Below, piece after piece: positions 51,556 through 64,000 of a stretch of 64,000 nucleotides of DNA. Source of the stretch: Squalus acanthias (taxonomy: Eukaryota); the NCBI GenBank assembly GCA_030390025.1, contig CM059431.1:103046001-103110000 (forward strand), given 5' to 3'. Position 1 is the stretch's first letter, and each line of letters begins with the position of its first letter. The position numbers were made by a program, and so were the translations under genes. The notes under the pieces are model-generated. The model made no database searches. It was not told the origin of the DNA and saw only the letters and a program-made list of their open reading frames with translations.

Positions 51556-51981
51556 TTAAATTTTCTTTGATAACACACCTTCTTCTTCTTTTTTCCTATG
51601 GTAGTAGCAAAGCAAATTAAATGTCAACATCTACGTCAGATATCCAGGCCAAACCTTCTGGTGTAACAGTGTGGATATCTTGTAGGTTGCCTGTGAATTT
51701 CCTCTGGGGGCAGTGCGCAATGATGAGCTCCACAGTCGCATGATGGGGATGCTTTAATTTTCCATCAATAAAGCTCCTCCTGAAAACCGCCTTGGGACGT
51801 TTTACTACGTTACAGGCGCTATATAAATACAAACTGTTATTGTTGGATTCCTATGCATTCCGTTGCCCCTTATCAAGCACTGGCTAATGGCATAAACGGA
51901 CAAACTTAACACTTTAAAATAAAAACAGAAAATGCTGGAGATACTCAGCAGGTCAGGCAGCATCTGTGAAGAGAGAAACAG

Positions 51982-52018
51982 AGTTAACGTTTCAGGTCGA
52001 TGACCTTTCGTCAGAACT
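51982..52018 (-). ncRNA. Minimal hammerhead motif in a Penelope terminal fragment (fragment ~51915-52130)
   Basis: rc reads agtt CTGACGA a AGGTC atc GACCT GAA ACGT T aact. Confidence 0.7.
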
Positions 52019-52494
52019 GGAAAAAAGCAGGAAATGGGACAGAGTTTTAAGCAAGTGCAGGGGCTGGGAAAGGGGGGAGGGGATGTAAGAACAAAAGGGA
52101 AGGTCTGTGATAGGATGGAAGGCAGGAGAGGCTAAGAGAGGTTACGAGACATGAAGAGATATTCAAGGCAAAACTTAATACTTTGGTGAGTTGAAGATAG
52201 GCTTACAGAACAGTCACTGGCCCTCTGTTAAATCTCATCGGGACACTGATGCAAAATACATTTTCTTTTCCTTTACTGATGCAAACGTTTGAATTTTTAC
52301 GGAGCTGCGCATTCGGACCAAGGTGTCCAAACTTCGAGTCAATGAGACCGCAGATGGTACACGAGCCGGCCGGCCAGAACTCTGGAGATCTGTGCCTTCC
52401 GTGGCATATCTTGGCTGGCCACTGGGCAAAGTGAGCAACTGATAACAAAACTTGTATCAATCTGAACACTTCTTACTGAATCCCTTGACTGATT

Positions 52495-52899
52495 CTTACA
52501 TTTATCCAGCACTTTTCACGACCTCAGGGCACCCCAAATCACTTCACAGCCAATGAAGTACTTTCTGAAGTGTAGTCACTGTTGTAATGCACACACAATT
52601 TGCACACAGCAAGCTCCCACAAACTGCAATGTGATAATGACCAGATGATCTGTTTTTCAGTGATATTGGTTGAGGGAGAAATATTGGCCCCAGGACACCG
52701 GGGGATAACTCCCTCTGCTCTTTTTCGAAATAGCGCCGCGGGATCTTTTACATCCACCTGAGAGGGCAGACGGGGCCTCAGTTTAGCGTCACAGCCGAAA
52801 GACGGCACCTCCGACAGTGCAGCACTCCCTCGGCACTGCACTGGGAGCGTCCGACCTGGATTATGTGCTCAAGTCTCTGGAGTGGGAACTTGAACCCAC

Positions 52900-52933
<34 letters not shown>

Positions 52934-52950
52934 GGAGCCTGTGCTGACAC
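52495..52950 (-). mobile_element. Full-length tRNA/Deu SINE
   Basis: Head, Deu core and tail. Confidence 0.8.
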
Positions 52951-53354
52951 AATAAAACATGCAAGCCTGTGGAGGTAACAAAAAAAATGGGAGTTAAAGA
53001 AAAAACCTTAATTTATATAGCACCTTTCACATCCTTGGGACATTCACCTTTGCACTTCACAAGCAGTAAATTACTTCTGGATTGTGGACATTGATGTTAT
53101 GTAAGCAAGTTGTATTCCACATTGAAGCAACTGTGAAGAACGAAGTTAGGTTCCATTATTTTCTTTTACTGCTCATGTGTTTAGAAAATGCAAATTGATC
53201 TGTAAACGATAGTAATGTGTTTCTGCTGTAAATAACTCAACCAGGTAAAACTCTGCATTATCTTTTCATTGGATTTACATGGTCTTTCTGTCTAGTCCTG
53301 CTCTCCGTGACTGGCCACGTGCATTTCTTCTGCGCTCTCGATCTATCTTAAAGT

Positions 53355-53755
53355 ATTTACAGCACAGAGACAGGCCATTCGGCCCAACTGGTCCATGCCG
53401 GTGTTTATGCACCACACGAGCCTCCTCCCACCCCTCTTCATCCCACCCTATCAGCAGAACCCTCTATTCCTTTCTCCCTTATGTGTTTATCCAGCTTCCC
53501 CGTAAATGCATCTATACTATTCGCCTCAACCACTCCCTGTGGTAGCGAGTTCCACATTCTCACCACTCTCTGGGTAAAGAAGTTTCTCCTGAATTCCCCA
53601 TTGGATTTATTGGTGACTATCTTATATTTTTATGGACCCTAGTTCTGATCCCACCGGCAAGTGGAAATATCTTTTCTCTCTATGTCTACCCTATCAAACC
53701 TTTTCATAATCTTAAAGACCTCTATCACCCCTCGGTCTTCTCTTTTCTAGAGAAA
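53355..53755 (-). mobile_element. CR1 LINE 3' fragment
   Basis: rc of the CR1 3' end, same subfamily as 5715-6112. Confidence 0.8.
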
Positions 53756-54332
53756 ACGACATGGTCTACCTGTAGCCACTGCAGGAATTGGGAACTAATG
53801 TGTCTCTTAGTATCGAGTTCACTCTCTCCTGCATGACCACCACTAAAAATCTATCTCTATCCATTTTGTTGCCTCCTCACATGCTGCTGTTTTCTTAGTC
53901 TTCCACCTCAAGTGTTTAATAACTTAAAAAACAGAACTTGCATTCAGATAGAGCCTTTCATTACCTCAGGACGTCCCAAAGCGATTTACAGACAATGAAG
54001 TACTTTGTTTTTTGAAGTGTAGTCACTGCTGTAATGTAGGAAATGCGGCAGCCAATTTTGCACACAGCAAGCTCACAAAAATAGCAATGTGATAATCTGT
54101 TGTAGGGATGTTGGTTGGGGAATAAATATTGGCCCCAGGACACTGGGGCAGAATTCCACAGTAAACTTACTGGCTGGAATTTCTTTCGGGAAGGCAGGTT
54201 GGGGGTGGCGGGGTTCTGAGGTGGGGCCCTGCTGAATGTGAGGCCTCAGATTCCCTCCCGCAGCCGGCCAGCTTGAGAGGCCGGCTGACTGCGGGCGGCT
54301 GGGCCTCAGTTGTGAGGAGTCGGTCTGGGGGA

Positions 54333-56065
54333 GGGATCGTGGGGGGGTCAGGGATCGCGGGGGGATGGGGATCGCGGGGGGGTCAGGGATCGCGGGGGGA
54401 TGGGGGATCGCGGGGGGATGGGGGATCGCGGGGGGATGGGGGATCGCGGGGGGATGGGGGATCGCGGGGGGATGGGGGATCGCGGGGGGATCGGGGATCG
54501 CGGGGGGATGGGGGATCGCGGGGGGATGGGGGATCGCGGGGGGGTGGGGGATCGCGGGGGGGTGGGGGATCGCGGGGGGATGGGGGATCGCGGGGGGATG
54601 GGGGATCGCGGGGGGGTGGGGGATCGCGGGGGGATGGGGGATCGCGGGGGGATGGGGGATCGCGGGGGGATGGGGGATCGCGGGGGGATGGGGGATCGCG
54701 GGGGGATGGGGGATCGCGGGGGGATGGGGGATCGCGGGGGGATGGGGGATCGCGGGGGGGTGGGGGATCGCGGGGGGGTGGGGGATCGCGGGGGGGGTGG
54801 GGGATCGCGGGGGGATGGGGGATCGCGGGGGGATGGGGGATCGCGGGGGGATGGGGGATCGCGGGGGGATGGGGGATCGCGGGGGGGTGGGGGATCGCGG
54901 GGGGATGGGGGATCGCGGGGGGATGGGGGATCGCGGGGGGATGGGGGATCGCGGGGGGATGGGGGATCGCGGGGGGATGGGGGATCGCGGGGGGATGGGG
55001 GATCGCGGGGGGATCGGGGATCGCGGGGGGATGGGGGATCGCGGGGGGATGGGGGATCGCGGGGGGATGGGGGATCGCGGGGGGATGGGGGATCGCGGGG
55101 GGGGGTCGGGGATCGCGGGGGGATGGGGGATCGCGGGGGGGTGGGGGATCGCGGGGGGGTGGGGGATCGCGGGGGGATGGGGGATCGCGGGGGGATGGGG
55201 GATCGCGGGGGGGGTGGGGGATCGCGGGGGGGTGGGGGATCGCGGGGGGATGGGGGATCGCGGGGGGATGGGGGATCGCGGGGGGATGGGGGATCGCGGG
55301 GGGGGGTCGGGGATCGCGGGGGGATGGGGGATCGCGGGGGGGTGGGGGATCGCGGGGGGATGGGGGATCGCGGGGGGGGGGTCGGGGATCGCGGGGGGAT
55401 GGGGGACCGCGGGGGGATGGGGGATCGCGGGGGATGGGGGATCGCGGGGGGATGGGGGATCGCGGGGGGATGGGGGATCGCGGGGGGATGGGGGATCGCG
55501 GGGGGATGGGGGATCGCGGGGGGATGGGGGATCGCGGGGGGGGGTCGGGGATCGCGGGGGGATGGGGGACCGCGGGGGGATGGGGGATCGCGGGGGATGG
55601 GGGATCGCGGGGGGATGGGGGATCGCGGGGGGATGGGGGATCGCGGGGGGATGGGGGATCGCGGGGGGGATGGGGGATCGCGGGGGGGATGGGGGATCGC
55701 GGGGGGATGGGGGATCGCGGGGGGATGGGGGATCGCGGGGGGATGGGGGATCGCGGGGGGATGGGGGATCGCGGATGGATTGGGGACCGCGGGGGGTTGG
55801 GGGATCGCGGGGGGATGGGGGATCGCGGGGGGATGGGGGATCGCGGGGGGATGGGGGATCGCGGGGGGTTGGGGGATCGCGGGGTGATGGGGGATCGCAG
55901 TGGGATGGGGGATCGTGGGGAGTCAGGGATCGCGGGGGGCTCGGGGATCGCGGGGGGGTCAGGGATCGCGGGGGTGATCAGGGATCGCGGGGGGGTCGGG
56001 GATCGCGGGGGGGTCGGGGATCGCGAGGGGGTCTGGGATCGCTGGGGGGTCGGGGACCGTGGGGT
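54333..56065. repeat. G-rich 18-bp tandem repeat (GGGGGATCGCGGGGGGAT)n, roughly 95 copies
   Basis: Directly visible. Homogeneous centre, degenerate edges. Confidence 0.97.
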
Positions 56066-56109
56066 GGGGGGTCGGTCAGGATGCGGGGTGGGGGGAGGGG
56101 AGGGTCGGC

Positions 56110-56905
56110 TGCTTTGTCGTGTCAATTTTCCGCCTCCATGCTCGCCTGACCAACCAGAGGGATTTTCCCCTGATTGAGCTCGTTAAGCCTGCCCTGCGGG
56201 CGCAGCAGGCCAATTAGGGAGGAAGTCACTGACAGAGCACGTCAACGTCAGACGTGCTATCTGTCAAGACTTCTTGAAAGAAGAAATGACATCGTTTGAC
56301 AGCTCTGTGAAGCTGTCAAACACTGACATTCTCTTTAGTTTGATGACTCCTTGTGTTCAGGACTCATCAAACTTTTCAACTTTGTAAATTTCACATGACT
56401 GCAGGAATGTAGTCTGTGAAATTGACAAGGAGGATGTCGGCTCTCCCGATCCAGCGTGGCTGAAGGCTGAAGGCTGCAGGAAGAAAACAAGGTAAGTGAA
56501 CACTTTTTAAACTTATCACTCACCTTGCATACTTACCACTCCACACTTGCACCCATCACTCACCTCTACACCTTACTTCCAGGTGCCTCCGACCGCCGCA
56601 GACCTCCTCCACGTCTCCTCCAACCCGACGGGGTTCTCCGAGGTCGGGAAGCCTTCACCTGTGAAGGTAAAATGGCACTAATCCTTTTTTCTGCCTGTTA
56701 ACTACCTGTTAACAGGCAGTTAAAAGGATTAAGTGCCTTTCCCGCCTCCAGGAGACGGGACCCGAAGCTGCACATCCTCCCGCCTCCAGGCAAAAGGACA
56801 CGGAGGCGGGATGGGGACGGCTTTGCCATCCGCCCCCACTTTCTCCGAGTTTACCGGCTGTCCCGCCTCCATGCCCGCCTCCTCGGGGCTTGGAAAATCC
56901 AGCCC
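56110..56905. mobile_element. Harbinger-type MITE, one end replaced by the satellite
   Basis: Close reverse complement of 2258-3060. Ends in AAAATCCAGCCC. Confidence 0.8.
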
Positions 56906-57458
56906 AGTGACTCTGTTTCTCTCTCTCCACAGATGCTGCCTGACCGGCTGAGTATTTCCAGCATCTCCTGTTTATATTTCAGATTTCCAGCATCCGCAGT
57001 ATTTTGCTTCTGTCTAAGTGAACCGGTCTCTTTTAGCAGCCTTCACTCACACCCATAAATGCCATCAAGACACAATCCCTCCCACTGGATCCAACACTTT
57101 TGTCGTATCAAGCCCCAAAGCCAAATGACATTTATGTTTTGAAAGGCTTACCTGGGCATCATGGAGTTTGTTTGCTTCTCCTGCTGCAGGCATCTCCAGA
57201 CTGAAGCTCAAACTTCTCCCCTGATGCACTCCAGGGTTCCAGATTGACACACCGCCGTCACCATTGTAGATTCGGGCCTCCCCACCAGATCTATGCCCTC
57301 CGCTTCCCCATCAGATGTTTTCAGACTCCCAGGTGGCCCCTCGGCATTCATACTTGAGCAGAGGCTCCTTATCCACTCACTGTTTCATTTCTGGTGGGAC
57401 TGATTCGCCAGTTTCATATAACAATTTTGCAAGGCAACTACAATCCCATGCAATTTTC

Positions 57459-58005
57459 TCTTCTTCTTCTTCTTAGGCAGTCCCTCGGAACCGAGGATGA
57501 CTTGCTTCCACACAAAAGATGAGTTCTCAGGTGACTGATGAGTCCAATGCGGGACCTACAGTCTCTGTCACAGGTGGGGCAGACGGTGGTTGAAGGGGCG
57601 AGTGGGTGGGGTGCTTGGGTTGACGTGCGCTCCTTCCGTTGTTTGCGCTTGGCTTCCGCTTGCTCCCGGCGAAGAGACTCGAGGTGTTCGGCGCCTTCCC
57701 GGATGCTTCTCCTTCACTTTGTGCGGTCTTGGGCCAGGGATTCCCAGTTGTCGGTGGGGATGTTGCACTTTTTCAAGGAGTTTTTGAGGGTGTCCTTGAA
57801 GCATTTCCTCTGCCCACCTGGGGCTCTCTTGCCGTGTCGGAGCTCTGAGTAGAGCGCTGGTTTTGGGAGTCTCGTATCGGGCATGCAGACAATGTGGCCC
57901 GTCTTCGGAGCTGATCGAGCGTGGTCAAAGCTTCGATGCTGGGGATGTTGGCCTGAGCGAGAACACTGACGTTGGTGCGCCTATCCTGCCAATGGATTTG
58001 CAGGA
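57459..58005 (-). mobile_element. RTE-clade LINE 3' end
   Basis: Reverse-complement copy of 21-599 with an (AAG)n tail. Confidence 0.85.
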
Positions 58006-58639
58006 TTTTAATGAAATTTTAATGAAAGGGCACAGGAACCTATATTTTTCCAAACCACTTTTGGGGTTGTCTCAGTGACTGAAATTATTTTGTGCAAAAT
58101 GTATCATAGTAAGATCCAGATAAATGTATACCTCAGGCAGTATAATTCTGGTCCAAACGTAGAACCCCAATATGCCAACCACTTTCCGGTTGACTCCCAT
58201 CGTGCAGAGTTCCTAATCCAAGCACAGCACTTGGACAGGAAATCTTGAACCTAGAATTAAATACTCCTTCATGATATGCTCTTAACATGTAGTGCACAAC
58301 AACAATTTGCATTTATATAGTGTCTTCTGACAACAGCAACAGCTTCCATTTAACTCCATCACTAACGACAGCCTACTTCCACCTCTGTAACTTTACATAG
58401 GATACACAGCACAGAAACTGGCCATTCGGCCCAACCAGTCCATGCTGGCTCCACTCGAGCCTCCTCCCATCTTTCCTCATCTAACTCTATCAGCATAACC
58501 CTCTATTCCCTTCTCCCTCATATGCTTATCTAACCGCCCCTTAAATGCATCTATACTATTCGCTTCAGCCACTCCCTGTGGTAGCGAGTTCCACATTCTC
58601 ACCGCTCTCTGGGTAAAGAAGTTTCTCCTGAATTGCCCA

Positions 58640-59265
58640 ACTTCACCCAACTCCGACCCTGCCTCAGCTTATCTACTGCTGAAACCCTCATCCATGCCTT
58701 TTGTTACCTCTAGACTTTACTATTCCAATGCTTTCTTGGCCGGCCTCCCATGTTGCATTTACATAAACTTGCGCTGATCCAAAACTCGGTGTCCTAACTC
58801 GCACCAAGTCCGTTCACCCATCACCCCTGTGCTTGGACCTTCACTGGCTTCCCGTCTGACAATGCCTCAGTTTTAAAATCCTTATCCTTGTTTTCAAATC
58901 CCTCCATGACCTCGCCCCCCCTCCCTATCTCTGTAACCTCCTCCAGCACTACAAGTCTTCGCGATCTCCACGCTCCTCTAATTCTGGCCTCTTGTGCGTC
59001 CCAGATTTCAATCGCTCCACCATTGGCGGCCGTGCCTTCAGCTGCCTGGGCCCTGAGCTCTGGAATTCCCTCCTTAAACCTCTCCTCTCTCTCTCCCCTC
59101 CTTTAAGACGCTCCTTAAAAGCTCCCTCTTTGACCAAGCTTTCGGTCATCTTTCCTGGTATCTCCTTCTGTGGCCTGGTGTCAAAACATGTTTTTCTTGA
59201 TATCGCTCTCTTTAAGCGCCTTGGGACGTTTTGCTACATTAAATGCGCCATGTAAGTTGTTGTTG
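58640..59265 (+). mobile_element. L2 LINE 3' fragment
   Basis: RSTIGGRAFSCLGPELWNSL and the L2 tail. Confidence 0.8.
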
Positions 59266-60993
59266 TTATATAGTGTCTTCTGACAACATAGTAACATAGA
59301 AGATAGGAGCAGGAGTAGGCCATTCGGCCCCTCGAGCCTGCTCCGCCATTTAATGAGATCATGGCTGATCATCCAAATTCAGTACCCTGTCCCTGCTTTC
59401 TCCCCATATCCCTTGATCCCTTTAGCCTTAAGAAATATATCCAGCTCCTTCTTGAATATATTTAATGAATTGGCCTCAACTTGCATAGGCTGGTGTGGAG
59501 CATAAACACCGGCACGGAGCTGTTGGGCCGAATGGCCTGTTTCTGTGCTGTAAAATTCTATGTAATTCTATGTAAGTTGTTGTTGTTTCATTGGACTTTG
59601 ACCTACGGATCCATTCCATACAAATACTTTGATCCGAAGTGCTAGCTTTGCCGTGGGATTAAAAAGGATTACAGGAAGCGTTAATAACTGTCTCGGACCT
59701 ATTTGAACGCAGGTTGTGCAACGTTCTACCCAGCACGATTCTTTGGGGGCTACTTTAGCTCCATTACAGAGATGATTCTTAAACGGGCACATCTGAGTGC
59801 TTCCAATTTATGAAATTAGCTTAGACCGAACAGCTGCATCATTTCTGAAGGGAGTCTCTCAAGGCCCATCAGCCCCGTGCGGTCCAGCTGACCATTTGTC
59901 AACTGGAAAACAAATCTGGCAGAACCCATGTTTCAACCGTGTTACAAATACAATTACCTGCCGTTTCATTGTGTTCTTCTTAAGCAGTCATTTGTTTGAA
60001 GAATTACCTTTCATTAAATGAGAGTTCTGTAAAATCGAAAGAGAAAGCTAACCGATGACACCCATTCTGTCAGCCCCTGACTAACTCTGCTTCCTCCTCT
60101 ATTATGCGCACATAAATATTCAGTGAGATGGTCCATATGGTTGCACTATATTACCAGGAGGAGGTGCCACTGTTGGGATTGCGAACTGTAAAGCTGTAGA
60201 TGTACCCTCATCTGAATTAGACACGGACTACTTAGAATCATACAGCACAGAAGGAGACCACTTGGCCCGTCCTGCCTGTGCACCGTGCTTTGAAAGAGCT
60301 CTCCAATTAGTCCCACTCCTCCTGCTCTTTCTCAATAGCCCTGCAGATTTGACCCCTATGAGTATTTATCAAATTCCCTTTTGGAAATTACTATTGAATC
60401 GGCTTCCACCGCCCTTTCAGGCAGCGCGTTCCAACAACAACAACAACAACTTTTATTTATATAGCGCCTTTAACGTAGTAAAACACCCCAAGGTGCTTCA
60501 CAGGGTTGTAATCAAACAAAATTTGACACCCAACCCCATAGGGAGATATTAGTACAGGCGAGTGGTAGGCTTTAAGGAGCGTCTTAAAGGAGGAGAGAGA
60601 GGTAGAGAGGCGGAGAGGTTTAGGGAGGGAATTCCAGAGCTTAGGGCCTCGGCAGCTGAAGGCACGGCCGCCAATGGTGGAGCGATTAAAATCGGGGATG
60701 CTCAAGAGAATAGAATTGGAGGAGCGCAGGTATCTCGGAAGATTGTAGGGCTGGAGGAGATTTCAGAGATAGGGAGGGGCAAGAAGGGATTTGAAAACAA
60801 GGATGAGAATTTTAATTCCAGATCATGACAACTCGCTGCGTAAAATCATTTCTCCTCATCTCGCCCCCTCTGGTTCGTTTTGCCAATTACCTTAAATCTG
60901 TGTCCTCTGGTTACCGACACTCCTGCCACTGGAAACAGTTTCTCCTTATTTACTCCATCAAAACTCTTTATAATTTTGAACACCTCTATTAAA

Positions 60994-62478
60994 GCAAATG
61001 GTATGTTGGCCTTTATTACAAGAGGATTTGAGTATAAGAGTAAAGACGTCTTACTGCAATTATATAGGGCCCTGGTGAGACCACACCTGGAGTATTGTGT
61101 ACAGTTTTGGTCTCCTTACCTAAGGAAGGATATACTTGCCATAGAGGGAGTGCAACGAAGGTTCACCAGACTGGTTCCTGGGATTGGGGGGATTGTCCTA
61201 TGAGGAGAGATTGAGTAGACTAGGCCTATATTCTCTAGAGTTTAGAAGAATGAGAGGTGATCTCATTGAAACATACAAAATTCTTACAGGGCTTGACAGG
61301 GTAGATGCAGGGAGGATGTTTCCCCCTGGCTGGAGAGTCTAGAACCAGGGGTCACAGTCTCAGAATAAGGGGTCAGCCATTTAGGACTGAGATGAGGAGA
61401 AATTTCTTCACTCAGAGGGTGGTGAATCTTTGGAATTCTTTACCCCAGAGGGCTGTGTAGGCTCAGTTGCTGAGCATATTCAAGACAGAGGGCTGGATTT
61501 TGCCAGCCCTGGGGAGGCGGGTTTGGAGGCGGGGCTGCCAGGAAAATGGCAGAATTTTGGGGCGGGTGCCCAACCCGCCCCCAACCTGCCTCTGTACCAT
61601 CTTGCCAGGAGGCGGGTAGCTGTCCCGCGCTGCGTTCCGTCTCCTTGGAGGCGGGAAGGGATTACAGCCACTTAACTGCCTGTTAACAGGTAGTTAACAG
61701 GCAGATAAGAGGATTATCCCCATTTTGCCCACACAAGTGCGGGCTTCCCGAAGGCTCTGAAACCTGCCAGGGTCTGCGGGGTCGGAGGGGTGCAAAAGTG
61801 CGCTGTGAAGGTAAGTGATGGGTGCACGTGTGGAGAGGTGAGTATCTGAGCTAAGTGCAAAGTGTTAGAAAAAGTGTACTTACCTTTGTTTCTTCCTGCA
61901 GGCTTCAATCGGTGGGTCTGCGGAGAGTCTCGCACCTCCGCGGCAGAGATGACAGATGGCCGTTGTATTCTCCAATGCAACAACCATCTAATTTTTGCAA
62001 AAGTAAGAGGTTTGATGAGGTCTTGAATTCAAGAACTCATCAAACTACAGAGAATGTCAGTGTTTGACAGCTTCACAGAGCACTCAAACGATGACAGTTC
62101 ATCTGTCAAAATTTTTGACAGATGAAGCGTCATATGTTGACGTTCTCTGTAACCGGCTTCCCCTTAATTAGCCTGCTAAGCCTGCTGGGCGGGCTTAACA
62201 AGGTCAATCAAGGGAAAATAGCGTGGGTTGGCCAGAAGTTGATGGAGGCGGGACTGAAACCCGACAAGTGGGAGTCCCGCCTCCAAAAGCTCCCCATTGG
62301 CAAAATCCAGCCCAGAGATCGATGGATTTTTGAATATTAAGGGAATCAAGGGATATGGGGATAGTGCGGGAAAGTGGAGATGAGGTAGAAGATCAGCCAT
62401 GATCTTATTGAATGGCGGAGCAGGCTCGAGGGGCCAAATGACCGACTCCTGCTCCTATTTCTTATGTTCTTATGTTCT
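60994..62478 (+). mobile_element. CR1 3' fragment split by MITE 61490-62313
   Basis: [36 protein letters not shown]. The sequence ttcaagacaga|gatcgat rejoins across the MITE. Confidence 0.9.
61490..62313. mobile_element. Harbinger-type MITE (824 bp) with perfect TIRs and TSD
   Basis: GGGCTGGATTTTGCCA...TGGCAAAATCCAGCCC (16-bp perfect TIR). TSD AGA at 61487-61489 and 62314-62316. Confidence 0.9.
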
Positions 62479-63489
62479 TAACCTTCTCTGCTGGAAGGAG
62501 AACCACTCCAGTTTCTCCAGTCTCTACAAAAATATGTTGAAACGGGAAGAACAAAAGAAAGTGGCAGTATCGGACCTCAGTTATTATCATTTCTTTTGTG
62601 CTTCTAAATACAACTTTGAGAAAAATTGAGTAACGGCTTAGGTATTTGAGACCAAAATATTAGGTGCCATATCGAGTGTGCTATCTCGTTGTGTTTTTTC
62701 TATTTGAAACTGCAGATGATTTCTGAACTTTAACAGCTAGTTTCCGTTACACAGATTAGCTGGAACTGGATTCAGAACTGAAGATAAAAGAGAGTGACCC
62801 GAGAGTCTCAAAAGCTGTCAATCTGGCCACACGTTCATAAAGGTACAAACAATATAATGATCTCTCCGCATAAAAATTCAAGCGAACTAAAATTGGATTC
62901 CATCCGGTCCCCTCGACCAAACTCCCCTCATGATTAGGTCTTGTCATTCAAACGCCTGATAACTACATCCCCTGGCAGCGCTTTGTAAAGCCTCCTGAAG
63001 CAAGGTTACTATCCTTACAGTCCTCCCGGGTGAACTGTCATTCTCTGTCGTTTCCCTTGTCAAAGTGGACAGGAGATGTTGTGATCTCCAGTGGCCATGT
63101 GTTGTGCCCTGCTTGACTAACGACTCACTGCTACCTTAGGCTTCTGACCTGGTCAATATTTATCCCTCAATCAACATCGCTCAAACAGATGATCTGGTCA
63201 TTATCACATTGCTGTTTGTGGGAGCTTGCTGTGCGCAAATTGGCTGCCGCGTTTCCTACATTACAACAGTGACCACACTTCAAAAAGTACTTCATTGGCT
63301 GTAAAGCGCTTTGAGACGTCCGGTGGTCGTGAAAGGTGCTGTATAAATCCAAGTCTTTCTTTCTTTCTTTCATCCTACACTTCTCGCCCATCCCAGCATT
63401 TATCATCGCATATATACAGCAATCCTAACCACAAACAGGAACTTCAATTGGGGCTATTTTACTACCCAACTATAGTGAGTACACTTTAA

Positions 63490-63908
63490 AAAAGAAAGAA
63501 CTTGCATTTATATCGTGCCTTTCACAACCTCACAACGTTTCAAAATGCTTTACCGCCAATGAGGTGCTTTTGAGATGTAGGAAACTAATTTGCGCACAGC
63601 AAGCTCCCATAAACACAGCAATGATATAATGATCAGTTAATCTGTTTTAGTGATGTTGGTTGAGGGATAAATATTGGCCCAGGACGCCGGGGATAACTCC
63701 CCTGCTCTTCTTCGAAATAGTGCCATTGGATCTTTTACGTCCACCTGAGAGAGCAGACGGGGTCTCGGTTTAACATCTCATCCGAAAGACGGCACCTCCG
63801 ACAGTGCAGCACTCCCTCAGCACTGTACTGGGAGGGTCAGCCTAGATTTTTGTGCTCAAGTCTCTGGAGTGGGACTTGAACCCACGACCTCTGACTTAGA
63901 GGTGAGAG
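63490..63908 (-). mobile_element. tRNA/Deu SINE
   Basis: B box gggttcaagtccc (rc), Deu core and tail. Confidence 0.8.
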
Positions 63909-64000
63909 GCTTACATTGTGCAGCTGGCATAGAAGATCTGGTAGAGGGTTACTGATACATTTCCTGGAGACATCACTAGAAAGCCTGTGGCTCAATGCTA

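Noticed and set aside
54273..56177. Long Gly/Arg- or Pro-rich ORFs (495-634 aa) in four frames
   Set aside because: Artefact of a stop-free 18-bp tandem repeat.
57150..57400. Possible minus-strand exon ending at CCAG|gtaagc
   Set aside because: No convincing acceptor or recognisable peptide.

Overview
Repeat-dense vertebrate genomic DNA, most likely from a cartilaginous fish (inferred from abundant CR1 and L2 LINE fragments, tRNA/Deu-domain SacSINE1-like SINEs and Penelope-like ends). I found no recognisable host protein-coding gene, so the window reads as intronic or intergenic. The main feature is an apparently full-length 4.27 kb PIF/Harbinger DNA transposon (18511-22780) inserted in a CR1. 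It carries a DDE transposase with one frameshift and a convergent, intact, 3-exon Myb/SANT-like gene (458 aa by my splice model). Several non-autonomous Harbinger-type MITEs with 3-bp TSDs are also present. Other notable items: a Penelope-like element with a GIY-YIG domain and an inverted terminal copy; several minimal hammerhead-ribozyme motifs, including a 219-bp hairpin retro-insert with a 14-bp TSD; a LINE that appears to begin with a tRNA-like Pol III head; a ~1.7 kb G-rich 18-bp satellite; multi-layer nested insertions; and a few repeat-free, TAAT-rich blocks that may be conserved enhancers. Boundaries of degraded repeats are approximate, and family names come from motif recognition, not database searches.
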